From positions 112,160,001-112,224,000 of the forward strand of contig NC_086108.1 of NCBI RefSeq assembly GCF_963921235.1: DNA of 64,000 bases, read 5' to 3'. Numbering within the stretch: the first letter of the stretch is position 1; each line of letters starts with the position of its first letter. Source of the stretch: Mobula hypostoma (taxonomy: Eukaryota). The translations under genes were made by a program, and so were the position numbers. This document shows positions 13,301-24,284 of this stretch, piece by piece. Below the pieces are notes generated by a model. It was given only the letters and a program-made list of their open reading frames with translations. It had not been told where the DNA came from and did not search any database.

Positions 13301-14109
13301 TGGCTTTACTGCATGCACTTCTTTCATTGCTCTATCGCTCTGGGTCCCATCCCCCTCGCAAATTAGTTTAAACCCTCCCGAACCATGCTAGCAAACCTAC
13401 CTGCAAGGATATTGCTCCCCCTCGAGTTCAGGTGCAACCCATCCAATCTGTACAGGTCCCACCTTCCCCAGAAGAGATCCCAATGATCTAAAAATCTAAA
13501 ACCCTGCTCCCTGCACCAACTCCTCAGCCACGCATTCAACTGCCATCTCCTCCAATTCTTACCATCTCTGTCACGTAGCACTGGCAGCAATCCTGAGAAC
13601 GTCACCCTTGAGGTCCTGTTCTTCAGCCTTCTGCCTAATTCCCGAAACTCACACTTCAGGACCTCATCCCTCTTCCTGCCTATGTCGTTGGTCCCAACAT
13701 GTATCACGACTTCTGGTTGCTTTCCCTCTCGTACCAGGATGTCGTGCACCCGGTCAGAGACATCCCGGACCCCGGCACCCGGGAGACAACAAACCATGCG
13801 GGTGTCCTTCTCACGTCCACAAAATCTCCTGTCTGCCCCCCTGACTATAGAGTCTCCAATGACGACAGCTCTCCTCTTCTCCGTCCCACCCCTCTGCACC
13901 ACAGGGTCAGACTCAGTGCTGGAGGCCCTGCCACCGTGGCTCACACCTGGTTGGTCATCCCCGCCAACAGTATCCAGGATGGTAAACTTATTATTCAGGG
14001 GAATGGCTACAGGGGTGCTCTGCACTACCTGTCTGCTCACCTTCGCTTTCCCCCCTCTGACTGTCACCCAACGACCTGCTTCTGACAGCCTAGGTATCAG
14101 ATAAATACA
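10376..14109 (-). mobile_element. Long CR1-clade LINE (partial ORF1 SGNH esterase plus ORF2 APE-RT, several frameshifts/stops)
   Basis: ORF1 13363-14067 has GDSIVR, VGTND and DGLHLN esterase motifs; ORF2 pieces YLNARSIRNK, MGDFNFP, YRPVSL, KAFDKVPH, GVPQGSVLGP, FADDTK; (ttctatg)-type tail near 10376-10394; possible TSD tctatat (10369-10375 / 14110-14116). Confidence 0.93.
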
Positions 14110-15683
14110 TCTATATCACAAACAGATGGAACCCTGGTACAAATATGTAGGATGGAAGAGTTAGATTGATCTTGGAGTAGGTTAAAAGGTTGGCACATAA
14201 TGGGCCATGGGCTCTGTGCTTTTGCTGCAGTGTTCTATGAATCCCAGAACAGTACTCATGAACTTCCAACCTGAATAAGACCCATCAAAGACTGTGCCTC
14301 TTCTATAGGCAAACTATTTTTGAATCCAAATGGCCAAGACACTATGGATAGATGCATCTTAATCTTCTGGATGAGCCTCCTATGAGGGACCATGTTGAAT
14401 GCCTCGCTAAAATCCACATACACAACATCCACTGCTCTACCTTCATTGATGCCCTGAAAAAACTCAGTCATTAGTACGACCTGACCTGCAGTAATACAAC
14501 ATAAGAGATGACACCTCATACTAAAAGTCTGCTATGAATTCAAGCACAAGCCTCAGACTTTAAGGGTAAGCATGGCAACAAACAAAGGTATGAAGGGCTA
14601 TGGTCCAGGTACAGGTTGATGGGACTAGGGAGAACAGTATTTTGGCATGAAATGGATGAGCTGAAGGACCTGTTTCTATGCTGTGGTGTTCTATGACTCT
14701 ACATCAGTCAAAACCACCAAAATAAACATTCCACATGACAGAACAGCCAGCAAAAATATAATGAGCTGTTGCCTTGCAAGATCTCTAATTGTTTCAGTAG
14801 AAACACATTCAAATATTTCTCATATCCCTCAAGCTAAACAAAACCTGAAAAATCATGCAGTTAAAATCTTCAGTGTCAGAAATTGGTAAGTTTAATAAAA
14901 TAAACGAGTGGGTGGAAGAATTTCTACTTCCTGAAAATATAGACTTCCTTACGCTCAGGAGTTTATTTCTCAATAATCAACAAATGCTATTTAAATCTAT
15001 TCCTTGCCAAGTACCGTACTTGCTAGTAGAGTTTTGAGACCAGACAGCGTATTTCTTGCGGGAATTAGTAAAATTCTACTTTCCCCAGAACATACTGGTG
15101 CAATTCTACACTGTCATCAGAGAGAGCATCCTCATATCAACCATTACTGTCTGGTTTGGTACAGCATCCTTTCACAATATACAAAAACTACAGAGAGCTG
15201 TCAGGTCATCAGAAAAGGTCAATGTTTGCAGTCTACCATCACTGCAGGACTTGTATATGTCCAGGACGAAGAAGTGAGCAGAAAAAAATCATTGCAGGCA
15301 CTATCCACTCTGCCTTTTCCAAAAGCGCCCTTCTGGAAGGCACTATAGGACTATTATAACAAAAACTTAAGAGTCATAGACACTGCAACACAGGAACAGG
15401 CTCTTTGGCCCATCTAGTCCATGCTGAACTATTAATCTGCCTCGTCCCATCAACCTGCACCCAGAACATAGCCCTCCATACCCCTCCCATCCAAGCACCT
15501 TTCTAAATTTCACTTAAATGTTGAAATTGAACTTGAATTCACCACTTCAGCTGGCAGCTCGTTCCACACTCTCACCACCCTCTGAGTGAAGAAGTTTCCC
15601 TTAAACAGTTCACTTTTCATCTAACACACATCAAAGTTGCTGGTGAACGCAGCAGGCCAAGCAGCCTCTATAGGAAGAGGCGC

Positions 15684-15719
15684 AGTCGACGTTTCAGGCC
15701 GAGACCCTTCGTCAGGACT
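15684..15719 (-). ncRNA. Minimal hammerhead ribozyme motif in the inverted pseudo-LTR (sense to SYDE2 pre-mRNA)
   Basis: Exact reverse complement of 17332-17367. Confidence 0.85.
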
Positions 15720-16002
15720 AACTGAAGGAAGAGTGAGTAAGGGATTTGAAAGCTGGAGGGGGAGGGGGAGATGCAAAATGATAGGAGAAGACAGGAGGGG
15801 GAGGGATAGAGCCGAGAGCTGGACAGGTGATTGGCAAAAGGGGATACGAGAGGATCATGGGACAGGAGGTCCAGGAAGAAAGACGGGGGGGGGGGTGACC
15901 CAGAGGATGGGCAAGAGGTATATTCAGAGGGACAGAGGGAGAAAAAGGAGAGTGAGAGAAAGAATGTGTGCATAAAAATGAGTAACAGATGGGGTACGAG
16001 GG

Positions 16003-17037
16003 GCAGAACTCGTTGACTTTATTAACTTTGCCTCCAACTTTCACCCTGCCCTCAAGTTTACCTGGTCCATTTCCGACACCTCCCTCCCCTTTCTAGATCT
16101 TTCTGTCTCTGTCTCTGGAGACAGCTTATCCACTGATGTCTACTATAAGCCTACTGACTCTCACAGCTATCTGGACTATTCCTCTTCTCACCCTGTCTCT
16201 TGCAAAAACGCCATCCCCTTCTCGCAATTCCTCCGTCTCCGCCGCATCTGCTCTCAGGATGAGGCTTTTCATTCTAGGACGAGGGAGATGTCTTCATTTT
16301 TTAAAGAAAGGGGCTTCCCTTCCTCCACTATCAACTCTGCTCTTAAACGCATCTCCCCCATTTCACGTACATCTGCTCTCACTCCATCCTCCCACCACCC
16401 CACTAGGAATAGGGTTCCCCTGGTCCTCACCTACCACCCCACCAGCCTCCGGGTCCAACATATTATTCTCTGTAACTTCCGCCACCTCCAACGGGATCCC
16501 ACCACTAAGCACATCTTTCCCTCCCCCCCTCTCTCTGCATTCCGCAGGGATCGCTCCCTACACAACTCCCTTGTCCATTCGTCCCCCCCATCCCTCCCCA
16601 CTGATCTCCCTCCTGGCACTTATCCGTGTAAGCGGAACAAGTGCTACACATGCCCTTACACTTCCTCCCTCACCACCATTCAGGGCCCCAAACAGTCCTT
16701 CCAGGTGAGGCATCACTTCACCTGTGAGTCGACTGGGGTGATATACTGCGTCCGGTGCTCCCGATGTGGCCTTTTATATATTGGTGAGACCCGACGCAGA
16801 CTGGGAGACCACTTTGCTGAACATCTACGCTCTGTCCGCCAGAGAAAGCAGGATCTCCCAGTGGCCACACATTTTAATTCCACATCCCATTCCCATTCCC
16901 ATTCTGACATGTCTATCCACGGCCTCCTCTACTGTAAAGATGAAGCCACACTCAGGTTGGAGGAACAACACCTTATATTCCGTCTGGGTAGCCTCCAACC
17001 TGATGGCATGAACATTGACTTCTCTAACTTCCGCTAG
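16003..17037 (+). CDS. PLE polyprotein fragment: RT C-terminus/thumb, Cys-rich linker and GIY-YIG endonuclease (5'-truncated, uninterrupted frame)
   Basis: Open frame from 16003: ...LPFLDL...TDVYYKPTDSHSYL..SSSHP...CKRNKCYTC...GVIYCVRCSRCGLLYIGETRRRLGDHFAEH...VATHFN...QPDGMN*. Confidence 0.9.
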   Translation, partial: AELVDFINFASNFHPALKFTWSISDTSLPFLDLSVSVSGDSLSTDVYYKPTDSHSYLDYSSSHPVSCKNAIPFSQFLRLRRICSQDEAFHSRTREMSSFFKERGFPSSTINSALKRISPISRTSALTPSSHHPTRNRVPLVLTYHPTSLRVQHIILCNFRHLQRDPTTKHIFPSPPLSAFRRDRSLHNSLVHSSPPSLPTDLPPGTYPCKRNKCYTCPYTSSLTTIQGPKQSFQVRHHFTCESTGVIYCVRCSRCGLLYIGETRRRLGDHFAEHLRSVRQRKQDLPVATHFNSTSHSHSHSDMSIHGLLYCKDEATLRLEEQHLIFRLGSLQPDGMNIDFSNFR

Positions 17038-17331
17038 GCCCCACCTCCCCCTCGTACCCCATCTGTTACTCATTTTTATGCACACATTCTTTCTCTCACT
17101 CTCCTTTTTCTCCCTCTGTCCCTCTGAATATACCTCTTGCCCATCCTCTGGGTCACCCCCCCCCCCGTCTTTCTTCCCGGACCTCCTGTCCCATGATCCT
17201 CTCGTATCCCCTTTTGCCTATCACCTGTCCAGCTCTCGGCTCTATCCCTCCCCCTCCTGTCTTCTCCTATCATTTTGCATCTCCCCCTCCCCCTCCAGCT
17301 TTCAAATCCCTTACTCACTCTTCCTTCAGTT

Positions 17332-17367
17332 AGTCCTGACGAAGGGTCTCGGCCTGAAACGTCGACT
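17332..17367 (+). ncRNA. Minimal type-I hammerhead ribozyme motif in the PLE pseudo-LTR
   Basis: agtc-CTGACGA-agggtctcggcct-GAAAC-GTC-gact: intact core boxes, stem I agtc/gact, short stem II, palindromic ACGT minimal stem III, GUC cleavage triplet. Confidence 0.85.
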
Positions 17368-18309
17368 GCGCCTCTTCCTATAGATGCTGCTTGGCCTGCT
17401 GCGTTCACCAGCAACTTTGATGTGTGTTGCTTGAATTTCCAGCATCTGCAGAACTCCTGTTGTTCACTTTTCATCTACTTGTTCTTGACTCATCCAGCCT
17501 CAGTGGAAAAAGCCTGCTTGCATTTACCCTATCTATACCACTCATCATTTTCTATACTTGACACTCTCTTAAGTTTCTTCCCCCAAGCAGTTAATCCGAT
17601 CAACCATTCTAGGGCCCTCAGCACCACCCGCACCCCCCCCGCATCTATTACCTCGTCACTGCACTGTAAACATTTTAAACCATTTTTTTATAATGCTGTT
17701 TACATTGTAAATACATGCTGGTATTTAGGTATTTATGCACATTTTATACCATATTCCTACTTCTAACTTTATTTTTATGTAAAATGTTGTTGTTTCTTTG
17801 CTGCACGCCATGCTCTGACCAGCACACCACAGCAAATTCCTAATACATGTACAAGTGTATGGCATCCAACACTGACCCTTGATCGTCCTTATATGGATAA
17901 TACAGCAGGAATAAATTCCATGCTTTAAAACTCTTTATGGTTATGAAAATATTTGTGAAATAACCTCAGTCCTGACCAATTTAGCTGCAATTTCAGTTGT
18001 ACTGGGAAAAGAGGAATGTAGAAGCAATGTGTATTCCCATAAATGCCAAGGGAAAAATTCCTTCTGGACGTAACTGAACTGCAAGCATTTTCTGAAAATA
18101 GTTCTTGAATAAAAGAAGTCATCAGTTAATTTGCCCAGGGCAAAAATGAGCAAAAATATTGTGAAAATGTACCCTTTGATTTCTCAGTTAACGAACTGAT
18201 AAGTGATTTATCAGGATGCAGCACGTCATTCTTGTATTGCTATTTTGCATGATTTTCATCAGAGTGGATTGGCTCTGTAGCCTGTAGTCAACTAAACTCA
18301 ATATTCCTA

Positions 18310-18488
18310 GCAACACAGATCAAAGTTGCTGGTGAACGCAGCAGGCCAGGCAGCATCTCTAGGAAGAGGTACAGTCGACGTTTCAGGCCGAGACCCTTCG
18401 TCAGAACTAATTGAAGGAAGAGTTAGTAAGAGATTTGAAAGTGGGAGGGGGAGGGGGAGGGGGAGATCCAAAATGATAGGAGAAGACC
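18310..18488 (-). mobile_element. Solo PLE pseudo-LTR fragment with intact hammerhead core (18373-18408)
   Basis: Close to 15623-15790; reverse complement reads agtt-CTGACGA-agggtctcggcct-GAAAC-GTC-gact. Confidence 0.85.
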
Positions 18489-19541
18489 GCTTCAAGGACT
18501 CTGTTGTCTGATGTTTTATATTCTGTGTATTAACTGCTCATATTTTGCCTTTTGTGTGATTTGGTCTTTTTCTGCACTTTGGATGTCTGATGTTTTCTTT
18601 GAGTGGGTTCCATAGTGTTTCTTTGTTTCATGGCCGTCTGCGAGATGAATCTCTCTAGGTTATATACTGCATACATACTTTGATAATAAATGTACTTTGA
18701 ATTTTAACTTTTGAAAGGTTGAGTGACCAGGACTCTTCTCTTTGGAGAGAAAAAGGATGCGAAGTGGTTTGATAGAGGTGTACATGATGATAAGTGGTTT
18801 AGTATTTATGGTGCAGTGTAGTGACAGGGGGGAGGGGTAACTGATAGAGTGGGGGGCGGTGTGGGCTAACTAGAATGGTTGACCAGATTAATCATCTCTG
18901 GAAAGAAAGTTTTAAAATTTGTTAAGTTTTTCTTTTAATAGCCCTAAAGCATTTTCCAGAAGGGAGCTTTTGGAACCGGCAGTTTGTAAGGTGGGTAGTA
19001 TCTGCAATGATTTTTTCTGCCGCTTCTGTCCTGGATACGTACAAGTCCTACAGTGGTGGTAAACTGCAGACAATGACCTTTACTGCCAACATGACAGTTT
19101 TGCTGTAGTTTTCGTATATCGCGAGAGGATGCTACACCAGACCAGACAGCGACGGCTGATGTGAGGATGGCAGTGTAGAAATGCACCAATATGTTCTGGG
19201 GCATGGAGAGCAAACAGTACAATGTTCAACAGCCTGTAGACCAGGGCTTCTCAACCTTTTTTTATGCTATGAAGCCTTACCATCCACCAAGAGATCCATG
19301 GACCCTAGGTTGGGAACCCATGCTGCAGAGCACATTTATCTGACATGTGATCCTTTGCGTTACAGACTAACGAGTCATAACAATAAAACTGTAAATGTAT
19401 AATATTTTAAATTAACTAACAGGTGCTGGAAAGAATACAATTTTGGCTACATGTTTGGAAAAGTCTTGGTAGATTAATAGTATGTTGAGCAATTTAAAAC
19501 TGGTGGTTTTATTACTATAAGCATTTGCAGGATCTCTTGTG

Positions 19542-21938
19542 TTTAAATTCTTAATGAATTCCATATTGGGAAAAATAATGAGCACGAGAGAATCTGCAGA
19601 TGCTGTAAATGCAGAAAAACACACACAAAATACTGAATGAACTCAGCAGGTCAGGCAGCATCAATGGAGGGGAATAATTAGTCAATGTTTTGGGTCAAGA
19701 CCCTTCATTCGGCCTGGAGGAGAGGAGATGAGGGAAAACGAAAAGGGCTGGAGAAGAAGAAATCTTCTCTCACTGAGAGGTGAGAGGTGGAATCTGATAG
19801 AAGAGGAAAAAGGGAAGGAGGGCATTATTATTAATTTACTTTAAATCATTGTATAGTCTTCTCATCTACAGAACTGATGTAGGATATTTTTAATGACAAC
19901 ATTGAACAAAAGTGAGAGAGGAATTAATTCACTGAACTTTGTTGCTTCCATTGGAATGTACAGTGTTGTTTTAGTTTCACAAACCACATTGGTAACATAA
20001 AAGCTATTTGGCCAAGTGATTCAGGACGTTCCCCTGGGCATGAAACTAATCAACACCACCTCCACACCTGAACAATCACTTTGGATTTTACTCTGCTACT
20101 GAAAGGATTCAGTGAGGGCTTGCTCTTGAGCACTCTTCTCTCTAAACTGCATGGGTGCATGGCAGCGCAGAAACTGAAATGCTCCCATGCATAGCCTTCG
20201 TTGCTGCACAGCTGGAATTTTTTTTATATAGTGTTATTATAAAATACCGTGCAGTTCTCAGGCTGTGTAAAGATTTCCTGCTCGGAGCAATGGTTGGTTT
20301 GCGCGGCTGTAAAGAATATTAGTGGGAACATTGGCCTTGAGTAGACCATAAGTAATAGCATGGACGACACTACGTCCACTTTGTACTTAAATGGACCTTT
20401 TTTGTTATTGTGTTTTCTTGTAAAATTGTGTAATATTTATGCTTTCCTTATGAATGCTGCTTATATGATGCTATGTGTCTGTGACCTGTGCACACAAGGA
20501 CTTGAGTGTATGACAATAAACTCGACTTTGACTTTGCTTTATTTGAGCTGAGTTGCCCTGGGCTGCAAGTTCTAAATGAAAGTAGTTAGAAGAGGGCATT
20601 GCAATTCTACAACAGAATATACACTCAGTGGCCACTTTAATAGGTACACCTGTACACATGTTTGTTAATGCAAATATCTAATCAGCCAATCATGTGGCAG
20701 CAACTCAATGTGTGAAAGCATGCAGACATAGTCAAGAGGTCCAGTTGTTGTTCAGACCAAACATCAGAATGGGGAAGAAGTGTGATCTAAGTGAATTTGA
20801 CCATGGAATGAAACATCCAGTGAGTATCAGCACTGTGGGTAAGCACGCTTCGTTAATGAGAGAAGTCAGAGTAGAATGGCCAGACTGTTTCAAGCTGATA
20901 GGAAGGCGACAGTACATCATATAACTATGCGTTATAACAGTGGTGTGCAGAAGAGCGACTCCGATCGTATCGAACATTGAAGTGGATGGGCTATAGCAGC
21001 AGAAGACCATGAACTGGAGGTACCTAAAAAAGTGGCCATTCAGAGTTGATAGATTGAGTCAGTGGGTGGAAATATGGTAAGTGGAATTTAACACACATGA
21101 AATGCTGGAGGAAATCAGCAGATCAGGCAGCATCTAAGAAAAGGAATAGAGGACCGACTAAGTATGAAGTTTAACATGGTCATTTATTTTGGTAAGGTTG
21201 AAATTCAAAAAGCAATTATCCAAATGAAGTGAGACTACAGATGAATAATATTCAAAGGGATTTAGATTTTCCATTTTACAAGAAAAATAGTAGATAGGTC
21301 CAATGTCCAAAGTGATCATTCAGGTGTCAATTACTTCCATGTCCAGGAGAAAGCCCTGAATCACTTGGCCAAATAGCTTTTAAGTTTTCAATGTGGTCTT
21401 TGAAACTAGATCAACACTGCACATTGTAATGGAAATAACAGAGTTCAGGGAATTAATTTCGCTATCATTTTTGTTCAACGTTGTCATTATAAAAAATCTC
21501 TCATCAGTTCTGTAGATGAGAAGAGTATATAATGACCCAATGCACATTATTATTTTTCCGATAATAATAATGCTCTCCTCCTTCCCTGTCTCCCATGGTC
21601 CACTTTCCTCTATCAGATTCCTTCTTCTTCAGCCCTTTATCCCTTCCACCTATCACCTCCCAGTTTTTTTACTTTATTCCCCCCTCCCTCACCTTCCTGG
21701 CTTCACCTATCACCTGCCAGCTTATACTCCCCAACATCATCTTATTCTGACTTCTTTCCCCTTTCTTTCCAATCCTGATGAAGGGTCACAGCCCAAAATG
21801 TCGTTTGTTTATTCTATGGATGCTGCCCAACATGCTGAATTCCTCCAGTACTTTGTACGTGTTGTTCTGGATTTCCGGCATCCACAGAATCTCTTGTGTT
21901 TATTATTTTTTCCAAAGTGGAATTCATTAAAAATTTAA
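19542..21938. repeat. Long imperfect inverted repeat; arms ~19542-20085 and ~21306-21938
   Basis: Manual alignment of reverse complements, e.g. tcttctcatctacagaactgatg and aaaagctatttggccaagtgattcagg exact; roughly 80% identity overall by eye. Confidence 0.9.
20622..21045. mobile_element. Same Tc1-derived MITE family, opposite orientation
   Basis: cactcagtggccactttaataggtac ... gtacctaaaaaagtggcca; internal sequence is the reverse complement of 47417-47952. Confidence 0.82.
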
Positions 21939-21978
21939 TTTGGTACAACTACACAATTAAAAATAAATCTTCTCTCAC

Positions 21979-22210
21979 CTGGCCAGAGTTGAAGTAGGTA
22001 ATGCAATACTTCGATGTGCTTCTTGAAGTCCAACGCACTGGCCAACTCCTCGGAGTCTGTGAAAACCCTATTGCTATGGTTGGAGGCCTCTTGCCGCTGG
22101 CTTAGGAGTACAGGCCCAAAACACACTGCCAGGTTCTGGCAGGTCATCTTATTGACCTCATGGTACGAAGCAACAAGCTTCAGATGATCCAGCAGCATCT
22201 TCAGTGTTGC
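21979..22210 (-). CDS. SYDE2: SYDE2 penultimate coding exon: [77 protein letters not shown]
   Basis: Rho[17 protein letters not shown] motif and SYDE-type [17 protein letters not shown]. Acceptor ccacag (plus ct 22211-22212); donor CAG|gtgaga (plus ac 21977-21978). 232 bp, phase 0 to phase 1. Confidence 0.97.
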
Positions 22211-24115
22211 CTGTGGTTAAAAAACAAAGGCAAATTGATGAATGATCAATGAAAGAAAGCCAATTAAAGATGGTGCTGGTGAGACATGGTGACGCTTTAC
22301 AGGCAGCAAACAAAACTACTAACTATTCTATTAACTACACTTTTTCTGGACTCTGATTACCGCAATCTGCAGCCTGTAATTTCCCTTTGAGAGTTGAGCT
22401 TTTGAACCATCTGTATGACCCAGCGTTTTTGCAGTATCCTGGAAGATTCAATGAACTGGACTCTTGGGAATGCAGGTAGAGCCACGGCAGCCATTGCTGG
22501 AGTGGACTTGGGGCTAGCTCAAAGCAGCGGGATCCAGGCCAGACAGCAAAAATCATTCTGTTGTTTGGCTGATTTAAGCGCCAAGCCCAATGAAAAAGAT
22601 CAAGGCATCAAGGCAAAGGGCAAAGGATGAAATGGTGTTTAGCTCACTGCTCTGTGAGGTTTTACTTGCCTCAGAACTGATCTGGCTCCATGGTTGTGGC
22701 CTGCAGCCACTGGCACTCGCCCCAGCACTGAACTGACTCCATGAACGTGGACTCACATTCAGGTACTCAGCAATTCATGTTCACTGTGCTATTTATTACT
22801 TGCTTTTGCTTGTATGATTTGTTCTGTTTTGTTCACACACTGGATATTTGACAGTCTTTGTTGTGTGTGGAGTTTTTAATGGGTTCTATTGTGTTTCTTT
22901 GTTTTGTGGCTGCCTGCAAGAAGATTTTTTAAAATTTAGTGATACAGTGCAGAATACGCCCTTCCAGCCCTTCAAGATGTGGCACCCCAGATACCCCACA
23001 CTCCTTAGGAGTTTGTGAAGATTCAGCATGACATCTAAAACTTCAGCGACTTTTATGGAAACACAAATTATGTCATGGAAACACAAATGCCCTTGAACGT
23101 AACATCTTACAAAAACTGGTGGGCTGCGTCAGTCCATCATGGGTAAAACCTTCCCCTTCATTGAGAACATCTGTACGGAGTGCTGTCACAGGAAAGCAGC
23201 ACCATTATCAGGGACACCAAACACCCAGATCATGCTCCCTTCAGGCTGCTGCCATCAGGAAGAAGGCACAGGAGCCTCAGGACTCACATCTTCAGGTTCA
23301 GAAACAGTTATTACCCCTCAATCATCAGGCTTTTGAACCAAAGGGGATAATGTCACTCAATTTCACTTGCCCCATCAATGAAATATTCCAACAACCTATA
23401 GACTCACTTTCAAGGACTTTTCACCACACGTTCTTGATATTTATTGCGAATCAATTCATTATCATTTTACTTTTTTAATTTGAACAGTTTATTGTCTTTT
23501 GCACAACGGTTGTCTGCCATGTTGGTGTGCTCTTTCATTGATTCCATTATTCTTGCTCTCTTTTTGCACCACGTTTTTATTTTTTTTTTAATACATTTCT
23601 AACTTTAATTTGTATCTGGTTGGTGGTATAGTGGCACCCGCACCAGACTTCAAGGTGAGTAATCCCGGATTCGAATCGGGCTGGCTCCTTGCCCCCTTTC
23701 CTCTGGGTTGAGCGTCAAGATAGCAACTCAGCCTCATAAGAAACAAACAAAGGCTAAAGAAATGGCAAGGTTGCTGCCCAATGCACCACAAGGCATGGAG
23801 AGGAACAAAATTTGTAGTCTATTGCACTCTACTGCTGCCACAAAAAAAAAACAAATTTCATGACATATGTAACTGATAATAAATATAATTCTGAGAAAAT
23901 GTTCAGCTGGACGTTACCTGGACTGTAGTGTATCAGCTATAAGTAGTAGTTGTCCATGGAGCACTGAAGGTTGACGGGCTATAATAAGATTATGAGGGGC
24001 AAAGATAGGGTAAAATAGTCATTTTACGGGGTGCAAATAAAAAATGGCGTAGGTCTAGGCTGAGAGCAGAAAGGTTTAAAGGGGATGTATGAGTACTATT
24101 GCTTGTTAATATAGA

Positions 24116-24283
24116 GTTTGATCAGGGCACTATTGCGCGAGCGTGTGGATGTCAGCCAGGTAGAACAGCAAGAAGAGTTTAAAAGAACACAGTTATATCT
24201 TCAGCGGTTTGATCGGGGCATGACTGCGCAAGCGCGTTGATGTCAGCCTACAGAGAGAAGAGTTTAAAAGGAGACAGCTTTAT
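24116..24283 (+). repeat. Two diverged ~91-bp CpG-containing tandem units
   Basis: gtttgatc.gggca..tgcgc.agcg.g..gatgtcagcc..agaagagtttaaaag repeated at 24116 and 24207. Confidence 0.75.
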
Positions 24284-24284
24284 A

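Larger units (their letters stand above)
15624..17461 (+). mobile_element. Young 5'-truncated Penelope-like element (PLE, probably Neptune-type) with an inverted 5' pseudo-LTR copy
   Basis: 16-bp TSD gttcacttttcatcta (15608-15623 / 17462-17477); 381-bp inverted arms 15623-16003 / 17048-17428; internal RT-thumb plus GIY-YIG reading frame. Confidence 0.93.

Noticed and set aside
13363..14067. Host or horizontally acquired GDSL/SGNH lipase gene
   Set aside because: Directly upstream of and co-oriented with a CR1 APE-RT ORF2, so it is the LINE ORF1; a second decayed copy lies at 52504-52881.
11039..14104. Numerous plus-strand ORFs of 60-140 aa
   Set aside because: Antisense shadows of CR1 coding sequence; the same applies to most short ORFs in the track.
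16288..17037. Homing endonuclease or UvrC-like gene
   Set aside because: In frame with a PLE RT thumb and flanked by pseudo-LTRs and a TSD.
23620..23685. tRNA gene
   Set aside because: Only degenerate A/B-box-like motifs with no convincing cloverleaf; most likely a SINE head.
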